Origin: Allosphingosinicella sp. | Lineage (GTDB): Bacteria > Pseudomonadota > Alphaproteobacteria > Sphingomonadales > Sphingomonadaceae | Length of the DNA: 63,246 nucleotides | Direction: 5' to 3' | NCBI GenBank assembly: GCA_035630915.1 | Contig: DASQJU010000167.1 | Location: forward strand, 1 to 63,246 | Shown: positions 8,854 through 18,648 of the stretch, in pieces | How the letters are laid out: each line of letters opens with the position of its first letter | Numbering within the stretch: position 1 is the first letter of the stretch | Notes under the pieces: model-generated | Database searches by the model: none | The model's input: only the letters and a program-made list of their open reading frames with translations | Told to the model about the DNA's origin: nothing | Program-made: the position numbers and the translations under genes

Positions 8854-9717
8854 TTAGCGGCCCCGCATGCCGTCGAACACGTCGGCGAAGGCCGGCTGGT
8901 TCGAATGCTGGATGCCCGATCGCGCCGCCTCGATCACCAGCGGCAGCGGATGGCCGCGCAGCGAGGCGATGATGATCTGCTTGACCACGTCGTAGATCGC
9001 CGCGTCCGCCTCGATCACCTGCCGCGCCCTGTTCGCGAAGGGCCCGACGAAGCCGTAGGCGAGCAGCACGCCGAGGAAGGTGCCGACCAGCGCCGAGCCG
9101 ATCATCTCGCCGAGGATCGCCGGCGGCTGATCGATCGAGGCCATCGTCTTCACCACGCCGAGCACGGCGGCGACGATGCCGAGCGCGGGCAGAGCGTCGG
9201 CCAGGGTCTGCAGCGAGTTGGCGGGGCGGACGGCGTCGTGGTGATGGGTCTTGATCGCATTGTCCATGACGTCCTCGACCGCGTGGGGATCGAGCGTGCC
9301 CGAGGAAACGACCACCAGGCGCAGTGTGTCGCAGATCAGGTGGACGAGCGTGTCGTCCTTCAGCAGCTTTGGATAATCGGCGAAGATCGCGGAGGATTTC
9401 GGATCCTCGATGTGCGGCTCGACCGCGACCGGGCCGTCGGTGCGCAGCATCTTCATCAGCTTGGAGACGAGGAAGATGGTGTCGAGGAAGTCTTTCTTGA
9501 CGTAGCGGGGGCCCTTGAAGACCTTGGCGAAGCCGCCGGCGAGCGCCTTGAGCTCGCGGGTCGAGTTGCCTGCGATGGTCGCGCCGAGCGCCGAGCCGCC
9601 GATGACGAGCATTTCGATCGGCAGCGCGTGCAGCACCACGCCGATGCTTCCGCCGCTGATGATGAAGCCGCCGAAGACCATCACGAGGACGACGACTATG
9701 CCGACGGCTGCAAACAT
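8854..9717 (-). CDS. motA: Flagellar stator protein MotA
   Basis: LADALPALGIVAAVLGVV and IGSALVGTFLGVLLAYG (E. coli MotA/LafT type). Confidence 0.93.
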   Translation of the reverse strand: MFAAVGIVVVLVMVFGGFIISGGSIGVVLHALPIEMLVIGGSALGATIAGNSTRELKALAGGFAKVFKGPRYVKKDFLDTIFLVSKLMKMLRTDGPVAVEPHIEDPKSSAIFADYPKLLKDDTLVHLICDTLRLVVVSSGTLDPHAVEDVMDNAIKTHHHDAVRPANSLQTLADALPALGIVAAVLGVVKTMASIDQPPAILGEMIGSALVGTFLGVLLAYGFVGPFANRARQVIEADAAIYDVVKQIIIASLRGHPLPLVIEAARSGIQHSNQPAFADVFDGMRGR

Positions 9718-9777
9718 TCGGATCCCCGCTAAAAAACCTGGCCGGCGAAAGGGCGCAACTCCCCCTTTCCCCTATGA

Positions 9778-9803
9778 TTAACGGCCGGAGCGGGCGGACT
9801 TTA
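9778..9803 (-). promoter_or_regulatory. Sigma28 (FliA) promoter of motA-motB-dgc
   Basis: Minus strand TAAA-N14-GCCGTTAA. Confidence 0.65.
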
Positions 9804-9829
9804 TGATTAACGCCGCGTTGAGGACGTTT

Positions 9830-10687
9830 TTAGCGCAGCACGTCGAACAGCGTCGTCGCGTTGATGCGCGAGAAGACGGCCTGGGCTGCCTGCAGCGTCA
9901 GCTGCTGCGACTGCAGCCTGGCGATCGCCGCGGTCACGTCGGTGCTTTCGAGGCCGCTGCGCTCTTCTTCGAGCTGAAGGCCGCTGTCCGCATTCCGCTC
10001 CAGCAGTTGGTCGATGCGGTTGCCGAGCGCCCCCTGCCCACCGCGCGCGGCGGCGATGTGGCGGACGGCCGCGGCGACCTCGTCGACCGAGACGGCGACG
10101 GCGGCGGCGCGGGCCGCCGGCGTGGCGAGCTCGAGCGCGTCGGCGGCAGCGGCGACGATGGCCGCGACATCCTTCGGTCCGCCGGCCGTGGCGACCGTTT
10201 CGAACACCTCCTCACGCGTTCCGACGGCAGTGAGCGAGACGCCACTCGACACGGGAATCCGAAGCGACACGCCAGACATGAACAGCCGCCCCCCGCGCGA
10301 ATCCCTGGCGTCCTTGAGGCTCCCCAACTCCTGTGACAATGCGCGCAACTCGAGCGCGACCGTCGCGCGGTCGGCGTCGGACAGCGTGCCGTTCGCGCCT
10401 TCGACCATCAGCTCCGTGGCGCGATCGAGCGCGGTGCCGGCGGCCTTGAGCGTCGTATCGGCGCGCGCGGCAAGCGCCGACGCCAGATTCAGGTTGCTCT
10501 TCCAGACCGTGCCGTTCGCCTGCGAACGGGCGATCGAGGAGATGCGTGCGGCCGCAACCGGATCGTCCGAGGGCGCGTGGATGCGTTTGCCGGTCGAAAT
10601 CTGGGTCTGCGCGAGCGCGATATCCCGGCCGAGCGAAAGCTGCCGGTTGATCTCCATCGTCAGGCGATAACGTGTTCCGCTGATCAT
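9830..10687 (-). CDS. flgL: Hook-associated protein 3 FlgL
   Basis: QISTGKRIHAPSDDPVAAARI and a flagellin-like C-terminus. Follows flgK. Start ATG 10687 (MISGTRY). Confidence 0.88.
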   Translation of the reverse strand: MISGTRYRLTMEINRQLSLGRDIALAQTQISTGKRIHAPSDDPVAAARISSIARSQANGTVWKSNLNLASALAARADTTLKAAGTALDRATELMVEGANGTLSDADRATVALELRALSQELGSLKDARDSRGGRLFMSGVSLRIPVSSGVSLTAVGTREEVFETVATAGGPKDVAAIVAAAADALELATPAARAAAVAVSVDEVAAAVRHIAAARGGQGALGNRIDQLLERNADSGLQLEEERSGLESTDVTAAIARLQSQQLTLQAAQAVFSRINATTLFDVLR

Positions 10688-10700
10688 TTTTTGTTTTTCC

Positions 10701-12050
10701 CTAGAGAGCGTCGAACAGCGCCTGCATCGATTCGCGGGCGACCTGAATGATCCGTGCCGAGGCGTTGTAGGCCTGCTGGAAGCGAAGCAGCTCCGCCGCC
10801 TCATGATCGAGGTCGACTCCGGTGACCTCGTCGAGAGCGGCGTAGCTGTTGTCGCGCCACTTGGCGGTGGCGGAGGCTTCGGACCGTGCCGAGGCGAGCA
10901 TCTGCGCGTGGGCCGAGACGAGCGAGGACCAGCGGCTCTCCACATTGCCGGCGCTGCGAATCGCGTCGAGCGCAAGCAGATTGCCATTGCTGACACCGGA
11001 GGCATCGGCAGCGGGAACCAAGGCTGGATCGCTGACCAAGGCCTGCATCGAAGCTGCGCTGGATGGCGTATCGATGAGCGCCGTGCCGGGATTGCCGTTC
11101 GAATCCACGCCGGCGGTCGCCCAATTGTTGACCATCACGGTGAAATCGGCGGCGAGCGCGTCGAGCGCCGCGCGGCGGTCGGCAACGGTAGAGGAAACCT
11201 CGACCAGGCCTGCAAGGCTGCCGCCATAGGCCGGCAGCGGGCTGGTGGTGCCGTTGCTCGCAAGCTGAAGCGACAGGCGTCCGTCGACGGCCGGGACGAG
11301 CGTGACCAGGTTCGGACCGTCGGCGTCCAGCAGGGCGGAGCCGAAGCTTCCGGCCGGTGCGATCGTCGCGCGGCCGTGGCCGTCGATCGACACGCTGACG
11401 TCGAGCTTGGAGGCGATCAGATCGATCAGCCGGTCACGCTCGTCCTCGAGCGAGGCGCGCGCGCTGCCGTCCGCAGCCACCGGGGTGATCGCGCCGTTGA
11501 GATTGGCGAGGGCCGCGAGCGCGTTGTTGAGGGCCGTGACCTCGAGCTCCGCCGACTGGCCGATCCCGTCCGAAAGACGCGCCAGCTTCTGGGCGGTGGC
11601 GCGGAAGGCGCCGGCCGCATTGTCGAGCGCCGACAGCACGCTGCGCCGGCCGAGCGGGTCGCCGGGATCCGACGCCAGCGAGGCCGCCGCTCCAAAGAAA
11701 CCGGTGATCGACGAGCCGATCCCCGCCGGCCCGTCGTCGAGCGCGGATTCGACGCTGGTCAGCCATTGCTCGCGAACCTCGGCGCGGCCGGCGGCGGACG
11801 CGGAAAAGCGCGCCTCGGTCGCCTTGAATGCGTCCCAGGCGCGAACGACGCCGGTCGAGGACACTCCGTTGAAGGAGATTTGCGAGCGGTAGGCGAGGTC
11901 GCCGGTGGCGACCACGGTCGCCTCCTCCAGCACGACGCGGCGGCGCGCATAGCCGGGCGTCTGAGCGTTGGCGACGTTCTCGCCGACCGCATTGAGCGCG
12001 TCGCGATAGGCCGCCAGCGCGGACGAGCCGATGCCGAGGAGGTCGGTCAT
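10701..12050 (-). CDS. flgK: Hook-associated protein 1 FlgK
   Basis: GENVANAQTPGYARR; C-terminal GVDLDHEAAELLRFQQAYNASARII. Confidence 0.93.
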   Translation of the reverse strand: MTDLLGIGSSALAAYRDALNAVGENVANAQTPGYARRRVVLEEATVVATGDLAYRSQISFNGVSSTGVVRAWDAFKATEARFSASAAGRAEVREQWLTSVESALDDGPAGIGSSITGFFGAAASLASDPGDPLGRRSVLSALDNAAGAFRATAQKLARLSDGIGQSAELEVTALNNALAALANLNGAITPVAADGSARASLEDERDRLIDLIASKLDVSVSIDGHGRATIAPAGSFGSALLDADGPNLVTLVPAVDGRLSLQLASNGTTSPLPAYGGSLAGLVEVSSTVADRRAALDALAADFTVMVNNWATAGVDSNGNPGTALIDTPSSAASMQALVSDPALVPAADASGVSNGNLLALDAIRSAGNVESRWSSLVSAHAQMLASARSEASATAKWRDNSYAALDEVTGVDLDHEAAELLRFQQAYNASARIIQVARESMQALFDAL

Positions 12051-12367
12051 TGGCTTGCGCCGTCTTCAGGTTGTGACCCGTCGGCCGGAGCGACCCGGTG
12101 CTCGAACTGGGCGAGCAGCATCTGCGCTATTCCGAACGACCCCTGATGCGACATCTCGTCGGCGAGGCGCGCGTCCGCCATGTCGCGGAACTGCTCGGTG
12201 GCCTGGCTGCCGAACGGATCGTCGGCGAGGCGCGCCTGGCGCATCGATCCGATCACCTGACGCAGGAACACGGCCTCGAATGCCTGCGCGGCGGTACGCA
12301 GCTCGCTCTGCCGGCGGCCGGCCTGGCCTGCCTCTTGCGGTGCTGCAGGGGCGACGGGGCGGATCAC
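12047..12367 (-). CDS. flgJ: FlgJ, rod-binding domain only
   Basis: LRTAAQAFEAVFLRQVIGSMR..FGIAQMLLAQF. 106 aa with no muramidase domain, between flgI and flgK. Confidence 0.88.
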   Translation of the reverse strand: MIRPVAPAAPQEAGQAGRRQSELRTAAQAFEAVFLRQVIGSMRQARLADDPFGSQATEQFRDMADARLADEMSHQGSFGIAQMLLAQFEHRVAPADGSQPEDGASQ

Positions 12368-13461
12368 AGGATCACCAGCTCGGCGCGCAATGCGCCAGCC
12401 TGCTTGAGGGCCTCGAGGATGGCGACGAGGTCCGAGGGCGCGGCGCCGATCGCATTCACCGCGCGGACGATCTCCGCGAGCGAAGCGCCCGGCGCCAGCT
12501 CGAACATCGGCGCGCGATGCTCGGCGACCTCGATTGTGCTGTTGGGCTCGATCGCCGTCTGGCCGCGCGACATCGGCGCGGGCTGGATGACGGTCGGGTT
12601 CTCCTCGACCGAGACGGTGAGCCGTCCATGGCTGACCGCGGCCGGGCTGATCCGGACCGCGCCGTTGATGACCACGGTGCCGGTCCGCGCGTTGACGATC
12701 ACTCGTGCCGGAGCGTCGGCCGGCTGGACCTCGACATTCTCGATGCGGCTCATCAGCATCGAGCGGACCTCGGCGCCCTGCGGCGCCTCGATCGCGATCG
12801 ACACGCCGTCGACGGCATGGGCGAGCGGCTGGCCGAGGTTGCGGTTGATCGCGTCGGCGATCCGCTGGGCGGTGGTGAAATCGGATTCGGCCAGGTTGAA
12901 CGTCAGGGTCGGAGCCGTTGCGAAGCCGGTTTCGACGGCACGCTCGACCGTCGCCCCGCTCGGAATCCGTCCGGAAGAGGGCACGTTGACGGAGACTTGG
13001 CTGCCATCCTGTGCCGAGACGCCGAGGCCGCCGACCGCGAGATTGCCCTGGGCCATCGCATAGAGCTGGCCGTCGGCGCCGCGCAGCGGCGAGAGGATGA
13101 GGGTGCCGCCGCGCAACGAACGGGCGCGGCCCATGGCGGAAACGGTGATGTCGAGCCGCTGGCCGGGCCGCGCGAAGGCGGGCAGCTCGGCGGTGATCAT
13201 CACCGCGGCCGCGTTCTTCAGCGCCGGATTGACCCCGGGCGGCAGCGTCAGGCCGAAGCGCGAGGCGATGCCGTTCATGCCCTGCGTCGCATATTCGAGA
13301 TTGTCGTCGCCGGTTCCGGCCAGGCCGACCACGATGCCGTAGCCGATCAGCTGGTTAGGGCGCACGCCCTGGAACGCGCCGAGGTCCTTGACCCGGGTCG
13401 CTTCGGCAGGCGCGGCGAGTGCGGCAAGCGCACCGAGGGCAATCAGAAGGGAGCGGATCAT
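12364..13461 (-). CDS. flgI: P-ring protein FlgI
   Basis: Signal peptide, RVKDL..GVRPNQLIGYGIVVGLAGTGD, ILEALKQAGALRAEL. Start ATG 13461. Confidence 0.95.
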   Translation of the reverse strand: MIRSLLIALGALAALAAPAEATRVKDLGAFQGVRPNQLIGYGIVVGLAGTGDDNLEYATQGMNGIASRFGLTLPPGVNPALKNAAAVMITAELPAFARPGQRLDITVSAMGRARSLRGGTLILSPLRGADGQLYAMAQGNLAVGGLGVSAQDGSQVSVNVPSSGRIPSGATVERAVETGFATAPTLTFNLAESDFTTAQRIADAINRNLGQPLAHAVDGVSIAIEAPQGAEVRSMLMSRIENVEVQPADAPARVIVNARTGTVVINGAVRISPAAVSHGRLTVSVEENPTVIQPAPMSRGQTAIEPNSTIEVAEHRAPMFELAPGASLAEIVRAVNAIGAAPSDLVAILEALKQAGALRAELVIL

Positions 13462-13471
13462 GGTTTGCACC

Positions 13472-14116
13472 TCAAAGGGGGCTGAGAAGAGTGAAGAAGC
13501 GCTGCAGCCAGCCTTGCTGGCTGTGGCGGGCAACCTCACCGCGGCCGAGATAATCGATCTGGGCGTCGGCGACCCGGGTCGAGGCGACCCTGTTGTCCGC
13601 CCCGAGATCGGCCGGACGGACGATGCCCGAAATGCGGATGAATTCGTGGCCGCGGTTGATGCGCAGCTCCTTCTCGCCGCGGACGCGCATCGCGCCGTTG
13701 GGCAGGACGGATTCGACCGTCACGCTGATTTCGCCGAACAGCGAGTTGGACTGGCCGGTCTGGCCGCGCCCCTGGAAATCCGAATTGCCGCCCACCGATG
13801 TGTCCTGTGCAGTGAAGAAGGACAAAGGCCCGGTCGTCGGCGGGGTAAGGCCGAGAGACCCCTCGCGATTGGCGTTGGTGCTGCTCGACGAGGTGCCCTG
13901 GGTCCGCTCGGTCAGCACGATGGTGATGACGTCGCCGACCTGCGCAGCGCGCTGGCCGCTGGTGAGCGGGGCATAGCCATAGTCGGCCTGGAAGATCGCG
14001 CCGTTGGCCGCCGGAGGCGGCGGCGAGGGCGGCGCGGCCGGCCGGTATTCGGGCAGCGGCTGGGCGCGACCGGAGCAGAAGACCAGGCACATGCCGATGA
14101 GGAAGGGAGCGGCCAT
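13472..14116 (-). CDS. flgH: L-ring lipoprotein FlgH
   Basis: RAAQVGDVITIVLTERT, LPNGAMRVRGEK, SGIVRPAD, GWLQRFF. Confidence 0.93.
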   Translation of the reverse strand: MAAPFLIGMCLVFCSGRAQPLPEYRPAAPPSPPPPAANGAIFQADYGYAPLTSGQRAAQVGDVITIVLTERTQGTSSSSTNANREGSLGLTPPTTGPLSFFTAQDTSVGGNSDFQGRGQTGQSNSLFGEISVTVESVLPNGAMRVRGEKELRINRGHEFIRISGIVRPADLGADNRVASTRVADAQIDYLGRGEVARHSQQGWLQRFFTLLSPL

Positions 14117-14118
14117 GA

Positions 14119-14907
14119 TTAGAGCTGCTGGTTGGCGTTGCGGAGCATCTCGTCGGTCGCCGAGATCATCTTCGAATTGACCTCGTAGGCGCGCTGGGTC
14201 TCGATCATATCGACCAGCTCCTGGACGACGTTGACGTTCGAGCTTTCGAGCGCCCCCTGGCGGATCGCGCCGCGCCCCTCCGCGCCGGCCGCGCCGACCT
14301 GGGCGGTCCCGCTCGCCGCGGTCTCGGCGTAGAGATTATTGCCGAGCGCCTGCAAGCCGGCCTCGTTGATGAAGCGCGCCGTTTCAATCTTGCCGACCTC
14401 GGAGGGCTCGGCCTGGCCGGCGAGCGTTACTGAGACGGTGCCGTCGGCGCCGATCGTGATCGACTGGGCGCCGTCGGGGATCTGGATCTCCGGCTGGAGC
14501 GGCATACCATCGGTGGTGACGATCTTGCCTTCGGACGAGCGGTGGAAATTGCCGGCGCGCGTGTAAGCGGTGGTGCCGTCCGGCCGGGCGATCTGGAAAT
14601 AGCCCTGGCCCTCGACCGCGAGGTCGAGATCGTTGCCAGTGTTGCTCAGCGAGCCCTGGGTGGTGACTCGCCCGGTGCCGGTGATGCGCACGCCGGTGCC
14701 GAGATTGAGCCCGGTGGCATATTGGTTCTCGGCCGAGGAGCGCGAGCCCGCCGCGGTCATCATCTGATAGGCCAGCGTCGAAAATTCGGCGCGATCGCGC
14801 TTGAACCCGGTGGTGTTCACGTTCGCCAGATTGTTGGCGATGACTCGCATCCGCTCCGATTGGGCATCGAGGCCCGTGCGGGCGACCTGAAGGGCTGAGT
14901 TCGACAT
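14119..14907 (-). CDS. flgG: Distal rod protein FlgG
   Basis: ANNLANVNTTGFKRDR, LESSNVNVVQELVDMIETQRAYEVNSK; 262 aa. Confidence 0.95.
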   Translation of the reverse strand: MSNSALQVARTGLDAQSERMRVIANNLANVNTTGFKRDRAEFSTLAYQMMTAAGSRSSAENQYATGLNLGTGVRITGTGRVTTQGSLSNTGNDLDLAVEGQGYFQIARPDGTTAYTRAGNFHRSSEGKIVTTDGMPLQPEIQIPDGAQSITIGADGTVSVTLAGQAEPSEVGKIETARFINEAGLQALGNNLYAETAASGTAQVGAAGAEGRGAIRQGALESSNVNVVQELVDMIETQRAYEVNSKMISATDEMLRNANQQL

Positions 14908-14931
14908 CGTATCTCTCCTTGAGGACCTGGC

Positions 14932-15675
14932 CTAGCTGGGCAGGCGCATCAGATCGGCGGCGGACGTATCCATCTCGCGCGCCTGGGTGATGAGGTTGAG
15001 CTGGGCGTCCCACGAGCGGCTGGCGGCGATCATGTCGATCAGCGCCTGGCTGGTGTTGACGTTTGATCCTTCGAGGCTGTGCGGGGTCAGCCGCGCCGCC
15101 GGATCGCCCGGCAGCACGCCGCCATTTTCGACCCGGAACAGGCCGTCGAGGCCCTTGCGGACGCGCGAGCCGGCGGGGGTCGCGAGCTTGAGGCGGTCGA
15201 CCTGCTGCGGCTGGCTGGGATCGCCGCCGGTGGGCACGATCCACACCATTCCGTCGTCGGCGATCCGCACGGAATCGGCCGGCGGCAGCGTGAGCGGGCC
15301 TGACTCGCCGAGGACGGGGCGTCCGTCGCCGGTCGTCAGGAGCCCACTTGGGCTGAGCTGAAGGTCGCCGCGGCGGGTATAGGCTTCGCTCCCGTCCTCG
15401 GCCTGGACCGCGAGCAGGGCATCGCCCTGGAGTGCCACGTCAAGATCGCGGCCGGTGTCGCTGACCGTTCCGCCGGCCATGTTGGCGGCGGTGACTTCCT
15501 CTGAGGCGAAGGCCCGTGCGTTGAGACCTTCCCCGCGCATCCACAGCGCCTGCGCCGAGGACATCTCGGCGCGAAAGCCGACCGTGCTCGCATTGGCGAG
15601 GTTGTTCGCGGTCACGGTCTGCCGCGACATTGAGCCGCGCATTCCCGACAATGCCGTGTGGATCACCCTGTCCAT
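14932..15675 (-). CDS. flgF: Proximal rod protein FlgF
   Basis: ANNLANASTVGFRAE, TGRDLDVAL, YTRRGDL, LEGSNVN. Confidence 0.93.
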   Translation of the reverse strand: MDRVIHTALSGMRGSMSRQTVTANNLANASTVGFRAEMSSAQALWMRGEGLNARAFASEEVTAANMAGGTVSDTGRDLDVALQGDALLAVQAEDGSEAYTRRGDLQLSPSGLLTTGDGRPVLGESGPLTLPPADSVRIADDGMVWIVPTGGDPSQPQQVDRLKLATPAGSRVRKGLDGLFRVENGGVLPGDPAARLTPHSLEGSNVNTSQALIDMIAASRSWDAQLNLITQAREMDTSAADLMRLPS

Positions 15676-15700
15676 GGCCTAGCTCCCGGTCCCCTGTCCC

Positions 15701-16993
15701 TTACGAGCGCAGGTTGATGATCGACTGGTCCATCGAGTTGGCGGTTTCGATCGCCTTCGCGTTGGCCTGGAAGTTGCGCTGGGCGGCGATCAAAGCGACC
15801 AGCTCCTCGGTGATGTCGACGTTCGCGCGCTCGAGCGCGCCGGTCTGGATTCGGCCGAACGCGTCGGATCCCGCCTCGCCGACCATTGCGTCGCCGCTGT
15901 TGCCGGTGATCGTCCAGCGCCCGTCGCCGCGCTGGCGAAGGCCCGAGGGATTGGAGAAGTTGGCGACCAGCAGCTTGCCCAGCGCCTGGGTGGTGCCGTC
16001 GGTAAAGCTGGCGGTGACGAGGCCGTCCTCGCCGATCGAGACGTCGGAAAGCTTCGACGAAGCGATGCCGTCCTGGTCGATCGCGGAGACGGCGAATGCG
16101 CCCGGCGCCTGCTTGGTCGCGGTGCCGAAATCGAGCGTAATCGCCAGCGGCGCCGCGGCGCCCGAGGGGAAGACGCTGGAGAAGCCAACCGGCGCCGCCG
16201 GCGCGGTCATCGTGCCGGTGGCATCGAAGCTCATCTGCAGCGGCTGCGGCGGGGTGGTGGTCGCGGTCGCCGACGCCTCCTCGTTGCCGACGAACATGTG
16301 GACGTCCCAGGTGTCGGCCGCATCGCCCGCGGCGGTCGAGCCGGTGCGGACGAAATAGAGCGTTGCCGACTGGGCGTTGCCCTCTGCGTCGTAGACCTGC
16401 TGCTGCTGCGAATAATTGTAGCTGTTGGGGTCGAGCCGGTCGAACGTATAGGGCGTCGCCGGGCCGTAGACGGCGCGGAGCGCGGGCTTGTCGGCGGTGC
16501 TCGGTAGGTTCACGGCGAGGTTGACCAGCGTAGTCGCGCGCGGCGTGCCCGAGGTCAGTGGCAGCTGGATGTTGCGCGACGCGGCGAGCCCGCTGGCGGT
16601 GACGTTGCCCTCGGCGTCGACCGGGAGGACCTGGACGTAGCCGCCGTTCGAATCGACCATGTAGCGCTGGCTGTCGATCGACAGCGAGCCGTTGCGCGAG
16701 AAATAGGTGGTGCCGCCGGTCAGCGCGTCACGGGTGACGAAGAAGCCGGTGCCGCTGATCGCGAGATCGAGGTCGCGCGAGCTGGTCTCGAAGCCGCCCT
16801 GCGTGAACTGCTGCTCGATGCCCTTGAGGCGCGTCCCCTGCCCCGCCGTCGTCGCCGAGGCCGGCATGATGTCGCCGAACTGGGTGCGGCTCCGCTTGAA
16901 GCCGATCGAGCCCACGTTGGCGATGTTGTTCGAGATGGTGGAAAGATCGGTCTGCGCGCCGCGAAGACCGGAGAGCGAGGTGTAGAAGGACAT
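15701..16993 (-). CDS. flgE: Hook protein FlgE
   Basis: MSFYTSLSGL..SNNIANVGSIGFKRSR, LERANVDITEELVALIAAQRNFQANAK. Confidence 0.95.
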   Translation of the reverse strand: MSFYTSLSGLRGAQTDLSTISNNIANVGSIGFKRSRTQFGDIMPASATTAGQGTRLKGIEQQFTQGGFETSSRDLDLAISGTGFFVTRDALTGGTTYFSRNGSLSIDSQRYMVDSNGGYVQVLPVDAEGNVTASGLAASRNIQLPLTSGTPRATTLVNLAVNLPSTADKPALRAVYGPATPYTFDRLDPNSYNYSQQQQVYDAEGNAQSATLYFVRTGSTAAGDAADTWDVHMFVGNEEASATATTTPPQPLQMSFDATGTMTAPAAPVGFSSVFPSGAAAPLAITLDFGTATKQAPGAFAVSAIDQDGIASSKLSDVSIGEDGLVTASFTDGTTQALGKLLVANFSNPSGLRQRGDGRWTITGNSGDAMVGEAGSDAFGRIQTGALERANVDITEELVALIAAQRNFQANAKAIETANSMDQSIINLRS

Positions 16994-17016
16994 GGGTCTG
17001 CTCCTTGCGTGTCGGA

Positions 17017-17694
17017 TTAAGCGAGGCGAATGGCGGCGTCGGGAGTGAGGAGACCGAGGCCGGTGACGAGCCGGCTCTCGCCGCCATTCGCGGGCGACTG
17101 GATGCCGCCGATTGAAGTCCAGGTGGCGGTGGCCGGGCTGGTCGCATGGCCGTCCTTGGTGGCGGTGACGACGAAGCGCAGCGGACCGCCCGCGACGCTC
17201 TCGCCGGCGTCGTTGCGGCCGTCCCAGGCGATCGCGACGTCGCCCGCCTGTTGCGGCCCCAGCTGCTGGCTGTGAACGACCGCGCCATTGGCGTCGACGA
17301 AGCTGACGGTGACCTGGTCGGCCGGGCCGTCCAGGGTGAACTCGCCGGCATAGCTGCCGTCGCGCAGCGGAGTCGCGACGTCCGACTGGACCAGCATCGA
17401 ATGGCCGATCCAGCTCGCGGCGTCGCTGAGGCGTCCGCCGCCGAGCGAGGCGGCGATCGTCGCCAGCGAACGGTTCATCTCGGCGATGCCCGCGACCTGG
17501 CTGAATTGCGCCATCTGGGCGACCATCTGCGTGTTGTCGACCGGGTTGAACGGATCCTGGGTGGTCAGCTGGGTGGTCATCAGCCGCAGGAAATCGCCCT
17601 GGTCCATCGCCGCGGCCGGTGTGGCCGTCGGCGAGGCGCCGCCGCCCGTGGCGGGCACGTTGCGTGCGTTGTTGATCGTGTCGATAATGCTCAT
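17017..17694 (-). CDS. flgD: Hook capping protein FlgD
   Basis: C-terminal part of the 668-aa ORF from MSIIDT: MDQGDFLRLMTTQLTTQDPFNPVDNTQMVAQMAQFS. Start overlaps the flgC stop. Confidence 0.93.
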   Translation of the reverse strand: MSIIDTINNARNVPATGGGASPTATPAAAMDQGDFLRLMTTQLTTQDPFNPVDNTQMVAQMAQFSQVAGIAEMNRSLATIAASLGGGRLSDAASWIGHSMLVQSDVATPLRDGSYAGEFTLDGPADQVTVSFVDANGAVVHSQQLGPQQAGDVAIAWDGRNDAGESVAGGPLRFVVTATKDGHATSPATATWTSIGGIQSPANGGESRLVTGLGLLTPDAAIRLA

Positions 17695-18101
17695 TGTCCG
17701 AGCCTCAATGTGTCGAGGGTGAGGGTTTTGGCGGTCTGCAGGACCTGCACATTGTTCTGGTACTGGCGGGAGGCCTCGACCATGTCGATCAGCTCGGCCG
17801 AGCTGTCGACGCCGGCCTCCCAGACGTCGCCATTGGCGTCGGCCAGCGGGTGCTCGGGGTCGTGCCTGCGGGTCGGCTCGACGTCGGCCGCGACCACGTT
17901 CTCGACGCTGACGGTGGCGACTCCAGGCCGGTCCTCGACGGTTCGGAAGACCGGGCGAAGCGCGCGGAACGCCGCGTCGCGGCTGCCGGCGACCGAGCCC
18001 GCATTGGCGAGGTTGGACGCGGTTGCGTTCAGTCGCACGAGCTGCGCCGACATGGCGCGGCCGGCGATATCGAAGACGGTGAAGGGACGCGACATACTCA
18101 T
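17691..18101 (-). CDS. flgC: Rod protein FlgC
   Basis: RLNATASNLANA, HDPEHPLADANG, ELIDMVEASRQYQNNV. Confidence 0.93.
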   Translation of the reverse strand: MSMSRPFTVFDIAGRAMSAQLVRLNATASNLANAGSVAGSRDAAFRALRPVFRTVEDRPGVATVSVENVVAADVEPTRRHDPEHPLADANGDVWEAGVDSSAELIDMVEASRQYQNNVQVLQTAKTLTLDTLRLGQ

Positions 18102-18451
18102 TCTCCCTTGAGGGCGCGGCGGATCGTCGAGATCCGGCCTTCGAGGAAGGAAAGCGTCGCGCGGTACTGGACCGCGTTCTCGGCAAAGAGCGTCTGCTCG
18201 GTGGAGAGCTCGACCGTGTTGCCGTCGACCGAGGGAGTGACCGGCACCCGGTAGGCGACCGCCTCGTTCGCAGCGCTCTCGGCGCTGCGGCCTTCGGTCG
18301 CCATTGCCAGCGCGCGGTCGAAATCGATGTCGCGTGCCCGGTAGCCCGGAGTCGCGGCGTTCGCGATGTTCGACGCGAGCAGGTTGAGACGCTGCGAGCG
18401 CAGCGACAGCGCCGCGCCGTGGATCCCGAAAAGGCCTTCGCCCTGTGCCAT
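18098..18451 (-). CDS. flgB: Rod protein FlgB
   Basis: LLASNIANAATPGYRARDIDF, DGNTVE..FAENAVQY. Confidence 0.95.
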   Translation of the reverse strand: MAQGEGLFGIHGAALSLRSQRLNLLASNIANAATPGYRARDIDFDRALAMATEGRSAESAANEAVAYRVPVTPSVDGNTVELSTEQTLFAENAVQYRATLSFLEGRISTIRRALKGE

Positions 18452-18523
18452 GCGAAATTCCTTCTAAATCTTCGCCTTCGTCCGCCGTTATTTTGACGGA
18501 CGAGGGCGCTCCACGGGGGTCGC

Positions 18524-18539
18524 TGCAACGATCGTGCCA
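18524..18539 (-). promoter_or_regulatory. Sigma54 promoter of the flgB operon
   Basis: Minus strand TGGCAC-GATCG-TTGCA (-24/-12 consensus). Confidence 0.85.
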
Positions 18540-18592
18540 GATCGCTGCGGTGGAGGGGGATCGCTCTGTGGCTGGCGGGGGACAGCCACGAA

Positions 18593-18630
18593 CCGGCAAA
18601 TTCTTGCCGGGACCGGCAGAGTATTGCCGG
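18593..18630. promoter_or_regulatory. Tandem palindromes CCGGCA-N6-TGCCGG, candidate FleQ-type enhancer
   Basis: CCGGCAAATTCTTGCCGG (18593-18610) and CCGGCAGAGTATTGCCGG (18613-18630), upstream of the flgB sigma54 promoter. Confidence 0.6.
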
Positions 18631-18648
18631 CAAGGCGGGAGGGCCGAA

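Noticed and set aside
10688-10700. T-rich run between flgK and flgL as a terminator
   Set aside because: No hairpin. On the coding (minus) strand it is an A-rich translation-initiation region.
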